This document shows, piece after piece, positions 58,549 through 64,000 of a stretch of DNA of 64,000 bases. Source of the DNA: a phage; sequence record PV805633.1. One strand, given 5' to 3'. A program made the translations under genes and the position numbers. Below the pieces are notes generated by a model. The model was not told where the DNA came from. It worked only from the letters and a program-made list of their open reading frames with translations, and did not search any database. Position 1 is the first letter of the stretch. Each line of letters starts with the position of its first letter.

Positions 58549-59230
58549 CTGTAATGTCCTCATCTGCACGTACTAGTTTAGAACCAGCAATCTCTTTAGT
58601 AGGTACACCACTATTGATTGCATTAATTTGCTGTTCAGCTAATGCAGCAAGTGTTGCCTTGAGATCAGTCAACCCAGAGTTCTCTCTCAAGTCCAGATTG
58701 ATATTTGTTACCTGGTCTTTTGGTTTAGCTAAATGAGTAAGGATAGAGTTAGCTGCATCACATCTTACCTTCTCACTTACTGCTGTAGTCATCAGTTCAA
58801 CCTGAACATTGATTGCCTTCTGATAGTTGTCTTGGTTCACAATCCATACTGGAACCAGACTTTGTTCCATGATGAGGTTAACTAACTTACCCCTGTGATA
58901 AGCAGAGACATAAGCACTAATATCTTTCTCACTGGTTCCCCGTGCTACAAGTTCTGCTTGTCGGTTAGGGAATGTTTTGAAGTAGGCTTCCTTATTTGAA
59001 TAGCCCATGTGTTTGTAAGTCACATACTGAACTGCATTCATGTAGTCCTGTGTCTTAAACTTACCCTCCTTCATAACACCAGAGTAAGAGATGAAGTTTT
59101 CACGGAATGCTTCAGCAACCAGTTGGTCTTGGGTTATGTTGTTAATTGTGTCTACCAACTCCTGGCTTACACTGTTCTTGAAGTTAGCAGGTAAGGCATT
59201 AATGATCTGCTGCTTAGTTAGCTCTCTCAT
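58541..59230 (-). CDS. hypothetical protein upstream of terL (229 aa), possibly small terminase subunit
   Basis: Position immediately 5' of terL with translational coupling; no motif support. Confidence 0.5.
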   Translation of the reverse strand: MRELTKQQIINALPANFKNSVSQELVDTINNITQDQLVAEAFRENFISYSGVMKEGKFKTQDYMNAVQYVTYKHMGYSNKEAYFKTFPNRQAELVARGTSEKDISAYVSAYHRGKLVNLIMEQSLVPVWIVNQDNYQKAINVQVELMTTAVSEKVRCDAANSILTHLAKPKDQVTNINLDLRENSGLTDLKATLAALAEQQINAINSGVPTKEIAGSKLVRADEDITDV

Positions 59231-59276
59231 ACTTATCTCTCTACAAAGTTATGTCTATTAACGAAGATTCTTTTCT

Positions 59277-59291
59277 TGGGGTGAGTTACCC
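59277..59291 (+). promoter_or_regulatory. short hairpin GGGGTG-AGT-TACCCC (6-bp stem incl. one G-U, 3-nt loop with central G), candidate hairpin promoter
   Basis: Architecture resembles N4 vRNAP promoter hairpins (5-7 bp stem, 3-nt loop); ~110 nt upstream of the first early-type gene. Confidence 0.25.
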
Positions 59292-59401
59292 CTTGAAGAA
59301 ACTCTAACACACAGTTACACTTTAGTCATGATATAGAAAAAGTTCATGATACTAAATAGTATGTAATGTTCCGATGACCCTATTCCCAAAAGGAGTAACC
59401 T

Positions 59402-59692
59402 TTGAGAATCTATATGAGAGTCATCGACTCTAAAGACGAATACTCAGAGATAGACCACACCAAAGCTGGCTTTATGGCTGGTGATATAATCCTTACCCAT
59501 GACGAAGATACATTCCATGAGTTATCTGGAATGATGCTGTTAGAGAACCGTCCTGGTGTTAAAGTCTTAGAACCGCAAGAAACTTACTCTTTAGAAAAGT
59601 CTATTCCATCTCTTGTGTTCTTCACAAAATTACCTCATAGTGTCTCCATCAAACGAAGCAAAGATAGCGTTCGGATGACGGTGATGATGTGA
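59402..59692 (+). CDS. small early-type protein, paralog family member 1 (96 aa; TTG start)
   Basis: AAGGAG 6 nt upstream of TTG 59402; shares a motif with the next three genes. Confidence 0.5.
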   Translation: MRIYMRVIDSKDEYSEIDHTKAGFMAGDIILTHDEDTFHELSGMMLLENRPGVKVLEPQETYSLEKSIPSLVFFTKLPHSVSIKRSKDSVRMTVMM

Positions 59693-59892
59693 TTAGTCAT
59701 ACCGCCTAGTAGACAGTGGCGGTACTCGTAAAGAGTTAATAACTTCTACAGTCAGGGTTCCCCGGCTCCTTTCCTACTCCGTAGGTCTAACGGTACATAA
59801 GTACCTAGGGGGGTGAACTGACCCGTGATTGAAAACGGTAAGGGGTAGGGTCGAGAGGCTCTACCCCATTTCTTTTCTGGAGGAATGCAATT

Positions 59893-60291
59893 ATGAGCAT
59901 CTACGCTTTTGATATTGATATTACTGGAGTACTCCGTAAACAGGAACCCTATTACCTTGGGGAACCAGAAGTAGTAAGTAAGTTCACTACCCCGTGGCAA
60001 ACAGTATTCTTACCTGACTGTGAAGAGTCCCATGAAGTAATTGGTTCTCTTTTCTTATCCAACCTTCAACTTAACACTGTGATATTGTCTGAACCAAGGG
60101 TGTATGACCTTATCTATTATGATGGGTTTAACGAGTTCTTCCCCGGCATACGCTTCTATAAGATAGATGGTTGGGAATTGATAGCTGACCATAACGTATT
60201 TAATAAAACACTTTCCATTTACTTCAGACCTATCCCTAAAGGAAGGAAAATCAATCATGAAATTCAAAATGACTATCCCCAGTTTTGTTGA
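59893..60291 (+). CDS. small early-type protein, paralog family member 2 (132 aa)
   Basis: GGAGG SD; motif TVFLPDCEESHEVIGSLFLSN. Confidence 0.6.
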   Translation: MSIYAFDIDITGVLRKQEPYYLGEPEVVSKFTTPWQTVFLPDCEESHEVIGSLFLSNLQLNTVILSEPRVYDLIYYDGFNEFFPGIRFYKIDGWELIADHNVFNKTLSIYFRPIPKGRKINHEIQNDYPQFC

Positions 60292-60301
60292 GGGGGAATC
60301 T

Positions 60302-60571
60302 ATGTACACAACTGACTTCTCTTTAGAAGAGGTCATGAACAGCAACCCCCAGCAAGTAATCCTGGTTCCTACCTTAGAGAATTATCACGAAGTAAGGGGT
60401 CAACTCTTCTTAGCAGGCAATGACCGTAAGGTTGTATGCATTATCCCACCTTCTGTCTATACCAACTATAACGCTAATGACCCCATACCGTACATGCTGG
60501 TATCCGATGAATACCAATGGGATAGTCGCTATGAGAATGATGAATATCATTACTACTATGTAAGGAAGTAG
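60302..60571 (+). CDS. small early-type protein, paralog family member 3 (~89 aa)
   Basis: GAGGGGGAA SD before ATG 60302; motif QVILVPTLENYHEVRGQLFLAGN. Confidence 0.55.
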   Translation: MYTTDFSLEEVMNSNPQQVILVPTLENYHEVRGQLFLAGNDRKVVCIIPPSVYTNYNANDPIPYMLVSDEYQWDSRYENDEYHYYYVRK

Positions 60572-60574
60572 GGT

Positions 60575-60886
60575 ATGCACCTGTACTGCCTGATTAGCTA
60601 TGCCACTACCTGTTATCTATCCCCGTATACAATGGATAATATCCTGGCAGGTAAGGGGAGTGTTGCCACCATCCTATATGAACCAAGTGAAGAAGCAGAA
60701 GTATTCCTGGGTACTTGCTTAATACTGGGGCAACCTATCCAGTTCATTAAGATAGTGGATTCTGTGGAAATACCGGAGCACACCTGTGTGTACATACTGT
60801 CTGATAAAGAGCCTATGGTAGCTACTACTCTTACAGGTAGACTCATTACCCTTTACCCTTCCTCCTATTTAACTGCTTATAAGTGA
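60575..60886 (+). CDS. small early-type protein, paralog family member 4 (103 aa)
   Basis: Motif ATILYEPSEEAEVFLGTCLILGQ aligned with members 1-3. Confidence 0.55.
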   Translation: MHLYCLISYATTCYLSPYTMDNILAGKGSVATILYEPSEEAEVFLGTCLILGQPIQFIKIVDSVEIPEHTCVYILSDKEPMVATTLTGRLITLYPSSYLTAYK

Positions 60887-61088
60887 GATAGCTACAATAT
60901 TTTTGCATGTCGATTTCATCATAGCTATGTGTAGCTACAGTGGTGTGACTGGGGCTACACCCTTACACTCAACCATCCCCCCCGGTATGTTGACCCTGTA
61001 GCCACTACCCTACCCCACCTTACACGTTACACGTTGCTCCGCAACCTATGGACATGTCGTCCTATCATCAACTATTGGAGCTATCATC
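60887..61088 (+). promoter_or_regulatory. palindrome- and repeat-rich intergenic control region (candidate promoter/operator cluster)
   Basis: Palindromes ATAGCTAT and GTAGCTAC (three TAGCTA cores within 50 nt), direct repeats TACACGT x2 and CTATCATCA x2, -35/-10-like TTGCAT-17-TATGTG. Confidence 0.4.
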
Positions 61089-61412
61089 ATGACTACTACC
61101 GCTACTGTACGTATGACCGCAGGAACTCTGCTGGGTACTGTTAACTCAGCTGCTACTACTGTTGCAGATTCCTTCGGTGCTGCAACAAAAGCAGTTGGTA
61201 TGCTTAATTCTTATGTAAGTACTATGGCAAAGAAACAAGCCATTCGTACTAAATTAGAAATGCATACTTTCGAAAACAAATTAGCTGAAGAAACAGCTAT
61301 GAACGAGACTCTTCGTAAGAAAAGTATCGAAGAATTCTGCAAAGATCCAGAAAACGCTCGTATCTACAACGCAGAATATTCAAGAATAATTGACATCCTG
61401 TCTAAAGACTAA
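61089..61412 (+). CDS. hypothetical protein (107 aa)
   Basis: TGGAG upstream of ATG. Confidence 0.55.
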   Translation: MTTTATVRMTAGTLLGTVNSAATTVADSFGAATKAVGMLNSYVSTMAKKQAIRTKLEMHTFENKLAEETAMNETLRKKSIEEFCKDPENARIYNAEYSRIIDILSKD

Positions 61413-61415
61413 ATC

Positions 61416-61442
61416 AATAGGAGGCTCTTCGAGCCTCCTATT
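61416..61442 (+). other. perfect 12-bp hairpin (AATAGGAGGCTC / GAGCCTCCTATT, 3-nt loop) directly after the stop codon
   Basis: Perfect inverted repeat; no U-tract; the 12-mer AATAGGAGGCTC recurs at 63563-63574 in the terminator. Confidence 0.5.
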
Positions 61443-61501
61443 AAGGGCATTAGATAGATAGATAGTCAGTTCTGTATAAAAAGATAGGAGAGATACCTAC
61501 T

Positions 61502-61648
61502 ATGAGCAAACTAAAAAACGCATTCATGCTGATTGTCAGTGTCCTTGCACTTGTTGCTATGGTTTCCGTATACATTGGAAAACCTCTGGTAAACACTGAC
61601 TATGGTAATGGTCAGAAAGTAAAATCCATCCTGCTAATGGATAAGTAA
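61502..61648 (+). CDS. small membrane protein (48 aa)
   Basis: AGGAGA SD; single TM helix AFMLIVSVLALVAMVSVYI. Confidence 0.45.
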   Translation: MSKLKNAFMLIVSVLALVAMVSVYIGKPLVNTDYGNGQKVKSILLMDK

Positions 61649-61832
61649 AATGTCCTTGAATCTAAATCACCGTAAGAAATTCTGGATATCTTACATACCC
61701 TAAAAGACAACGACGCTCCGCGTCTTATGGATGATGTAAATGCATCCACTAATCATTGAAATTTTATCCTTTTGTTTGGGTGTTCTCACCGACGAGTTCA
61801 CCCGTAATTCACATAAATCTGGAGAGTACAAA

Positions 61833-62216
61833 ATGTCTATTCAAAAATTCACTTTCGGTCAATCTAACGCTGCTGCTACTTCTACTGCTAAAGCTGATAA
61901 ACCTAAAGCTCAGTTCTGGCTGAACATTGGTTATGTAGCTAATGAAGGCTCTGATGATGAGAAATTCATCTCGCTGCCTACTGGTATCCCACTGGATACT
62001 CAGGAACCGCTGCCTACTAACAGCAGCAATGCTGACTTCCGTGCTATGCGTTGTGCACAGAACGATTTGCTGGAACAGTTAATCGAATATGCTCAGAACC
62101 TGAAACCAGGTGAAGAGGGTATCATTAACCTGCAAGTTCAACTTCGTCGTGTGAAAGCAGAGGCTGCTGACATCCCAGCAGACGAGAATAAATATGCTCG
62201 TAAACTGACTTTCTAA
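61833..62216 (+). CDS. hypothetical protein (127 aa)
   Basis: GGAGAG SD before ATG 61833 (track ORF starts upstream at 61740); followed by a strong terminator. Confidence 0.55.
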   Translation: MSIQKFTFGQSNAAATSTAKADKPKAQFWLNIGYVANEGSDDEKFISLPTGIPLDTQEPLPTNSSNADFRAMRCAQNDLLEQLIEYAQNLKPGEEGIINLQVQLRRVKAEAADIPADENKYARKLTF

Positions 62217-62225
62217 TCAACAACT

Positions 62226-62255
62226 GGACTCCCTTCGGGGAGTCCTTTTATTTTT
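62226..62255 (+). terminator. Rho-independent terminator (GGACTCCC-TTCG-GGGAGTCC + T-tract)
   Basis: 8-bp perfect stem with TTCG tetraloop followed by TTTTATTTTT. Confidence 0.8.
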
Positions 62256-62360
62256 AACTCAGCGATAAACTAAGTAGAGTGTAATCCTACTTTTAGACGA
62301 AGAGTCACTAAAAGTTAAACGTAAACAGAAGCAGATAACTTAGAGTAAGGAGTAATCAAG

Positions 62361-62660
62361 ATGCGTACATTATGTAACCGTTATAACTCACAGAAGTTGA
62401 TTGTTACGTTGCAACCTTGGGGTAGTAAGATGTCATTGGATGCTCGTTGGCAAGTGTCTGTAGAAGGCAAGAATGGCAAATGTCATGACCACTACTTCGT
62501 AGCTAAGCCTACTCGTAAACAAATCCGTAAACTTCACAAAGTACGTAAGCATTACTTACTAAGTAAATGCTACGAATGTGGCAAAAGGATAGAACTAGGT
62601 AAAGAATTTACTTTTGATGATCTCAACTATGCTCACAATAACTGCTTAGGAACTAAATAA
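62361..62660 (+). CDS. small Cys/His-rich protein (99 aa), possible zinc-binding
   Basis: AAGGAG SD; CHDH...CYECGKR...HNNC pattern. Confidence 0.5.
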   Translation: MRTLCNRYNSQKLIVTLQPWGSKMSLDARWQVSVEGKNGKCHDHYFVAKPTRKQIRKLHKVRKHYLLSKCYECGKRIELGKEFTFDDLNYAHNNCLGTK

Positions 62661-62661
62661 A

Positions 62662-62760
62662 ATGACTACTCATAAAATTGTAAAAAGCTGGACTACTGAA
62701 GCTGGTTTATCTGCTGTAATCCTGCTAGTAATGATGGTTCTCACCATTGTGGTTACGTAG
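62662..62760 (+). CDS. small TM peptide (32 aa); may be the N-terminal part of the downstream ORF across a frame break
   Basis: ATG right after the upstream stop; downstream ORF 62763-63065 has no ATG and its frame is open back to 62700. Confidence 0.3.
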   Translation: MTTHKIVKSWTTEAGLSAVILLVMMVLTIVVT

Positions 62761-62762
62761 CA

Positions 62763-63065
62763 TTGCCTGCTGATTTAGCAGACAAAGACTTTATTAATTA
62801 TGATCCAGAAGAATCCATTTCTGTTCATGGTGGTGTTACCTATCAAGATGCACTTCCTCAATTAGAGGATAAAATCGCTATCGGTTTTGATTGTGCTCAT
62901 CACGGTGACCTCATGAAATGCCCTGAGAAGTACAAAGGTACTCCTCTGGAAGGACTGCGCATGTATTCAGAAGGTGTATGGCGAGATGAGCAATATTGCA
63001 CCAATGAGTGTGAGTCTATGGCTAAACAACTAATGGCAATGTTGCCTAAACAACTAGAAGGATAA
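62763..63065 (+). CDS. His/Cys-containing protein fragment (100 aa), start unresolved
   Basis: Track ORF with TTG start and no SD; HHCGY...HGGVTY...GFDCAHHGD motifs. Confidence 0.35.
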   Translation: MPADLADKDFINYDPEESISVHGGVTYQDALPQLEDKIAIGFDCAHHGDLMKCPEKYKGTPLEGLRMYSEGVWRDEQYCTNECESMAKQLMAMLPKQLEG

Positions 63066-63069
63066 TGCT

Positions 63070-63222
63070 ATGAAGCTACTAGCAGAGATTCTGTGTATTT
63101 TATTAATGATACTGCTGGTAGCTGCATTTCCGTGGCTATTAGCCGTAGGCATTATTATTGGTATGCTCGTAGCCGGAGCGAGTGATGCTCGTGGAAGAGA
63201 TGAGCCAGGTGGGGATGTGTAA
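63070..63222 (+). CDS. small membrane protein (50 aa)
   Basis: AAGGA SD 9 nt upstream; hydrophobic ILCILLMILLVAAFPWLLAVGIIIGMLVA; preferred over the overlapping minus-strand 158-aa ORF. Confidence 0.45.
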   Translation: MKLLAEILCILLMILLVAAFPWLLAVGIIIGMLVAGASDARGRDEPGGDV

Positions 63223-63254
63223 ATACTGTCAGAAGAGTGTGTACGGAGGAACCA

Positions 63255-63428
63255 GTGATATTCACTAACATTGAGGATGCCATTGAAGAATGTATCTTCC
63301 GTAGATATCACACTGGAGTGCAGAAAAGACACTATGGTGTTGTACAACTCAATGGTTATCAAATGGCTGTAAGAATTGTACGTAACAATAAACCTTTTAA
63401 CTTTATGTGGAGTACTAAACATGCGTAA
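63255..63428 (+). CDS. hypothetical small protein (57 aa; GTG start)
   Basis: GGAGG 5 nt upstream of GTG 63255. Confidence 0.45.
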   Translation: MIFTNIEDAIEECIFRRYHTGVQKRHYGVVQLNGYQMAVRIVRNNKPFNFMWSTKHA

Positions 63429-63549
63429 GTCATTAATCATGGGAACCAAAGCTGACGTACAAAAGATGAAAGAGCGTCTGGCTGCTAAGCAACAGACATC
63501 TGAACCAGTACGTAAGATTGTTACCTTCAATCATCCGTGCATCAAATAG
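63421..63549 (+). CDS. hypothetical small protein (42 aa)
   Basis: ATG overlaps upstream stop; followed by a terminator. Confidence 0.4.
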   Translation: MRKSLIMGTKADVQKMKERLAAKQQTSEPVRKIVTFNHPCIK

Positions 63550-63551
63550 TA

Positions 63552-63589
63552 AGGAGTCCTCCAATAGGAGGCTCCTATTTTTTATTTTT
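63552..63589 (+). terminator. Rho-independent terminator (10-bp stem with 1-nt bulge, AATA loop, long T-tract)
   Basis: AGGAG(T)CCTCC-AATA-GGAGGCTCCT followed by ATTTTTTATTTTT. Confidence 0.75.
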
Positions 63590-63626
63590 GAATAGTTAGA
63601 TATGTATTTAAATAGGAGAAAGAACC

Positions 63627-63935
63627 TTGAATGAAATAGTATGCATACTTCCACACTTAGCTAAAGTAGCTGATAGGAATATACGGATACATTTACCCTT
63701 CCCATTAAGTAACCCATTCACTCGTAATGAAAGAACCACAGTAGAGGATATAGAGGTAGCTTATGAAGCTTACCTTCGTAATCGTCTTATTAGTGGTGAC
63801 AAATTAATTACAGCAGAGATGGAAAGGATTGCTGGCTTTGTCACAGATAGTACAAAGAAACCTGTTGGTTTAATTGGTACTGAATCTGATGTTAACGTTA
63901 TTCGTAAAATATTAATGGAGGCATTAAGCCAATGA
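63627..63935 (+). CDS. hypothetical protein (102 aa; TTG start)
   Basis: AGGAGA 7 nt upstream of TTG 63627. Confidence 0.4.
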   Translation: MNEIVCILPHLAKVADRNIRIHLPFPLSNPFTRNERTTVEDIEVAYEAYLRNRLISGDKLITAEMERIAGFVTDSTKKPVGLIGTESDVNVIRKILMEALSQ

Positions 63936-64000
63936 TGTACTCAAACGATTATGGTATATGCCCAGTCTGTAAGAAAGGACGTGGAGTTGCCAATCATAAG
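63933..64000 (+). CDS. hypothetical protein, 5' fragment truncated by window end
   Basis: ATGATG start overlapping upstream stop; Cys-containing N-terminus CPVCKKGRG. Confidence 0.3.

Noticed and set aside
63054-63530. 158-aa minus-strand ORF in the early + strand region
   Set aside because: It overlaps three + strand small ORFs that have SD sequences and terminators in the + orientation; its composition is low-complexity and antisense-like.
1-64000. CRISPR array or other long tandem direct-repeat arrays
   Set aside because: No regularly spaced direct repeats of 25-40 nt were seen; only short local repeats (GATA x3 near 61455, TACACGT x2 near 61020).
1-64000. Lysogeny module (integrase, CI-like repressor, attP)
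   Set aside because: No tyrosine/serine recombinase-sized ORF with recognisable motifs was found; gene content is that of a strictly lytic N4-like phage.

Overview
This window reads as most of an N4-like (Schitoviridae-type) lytic podophage genome, judged from gene content, order and size only; no homology search was run. Layout: (i) 1-23.6 kb, + strand, nucleotide-metabolism and replication module: MoxR-like AAA ATPase + VWA/DUF2201-like partner, dCTP-deaminase-like, ThyX, rIIA/rIIB-like, SF1 helicase, family-A DNA polymerase, Cas4-like nuclease, primase-like protein, RecA-like ATPase, SSB, RuvC-like resolvase. (ii) 23.65-25.85 kb: a largely non-coding, hairpin-dense convergence zone with tRNA T-arm-like repeats, closed by terminators. 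(iii) 25.85-59.2 kb, - strand, late module: a giant ~3750-aa virion RNA polymerase-like gene, virion proteins, major capsid protein, portal, a lysis cassette (Rz with embedded Rz1, GH108 muramidase, holin-like genes), two beta-helix receptor-binding proteins, large terminase. (iv) 59.4-64 kb, + strand: small early-type genes including a tandem array of four paralogs. Main second-look items: the structured non-coding locus; four single-base homopolymer frame breaks in otherwise intact essential genes (tailspike x2, endolysin, gp51-like), which most likely reflect assembly indels; a C-terminal SLFxxKR motif shared by SSB and the adjacent acidic protein; and a palindrome-rich control region at 60.9-61.1 kb. 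No integrase, CRISPR array or canonical tRNA could be supported. Gene starts come from the ORF track with manual RBS/overlap refinement and are approximate.
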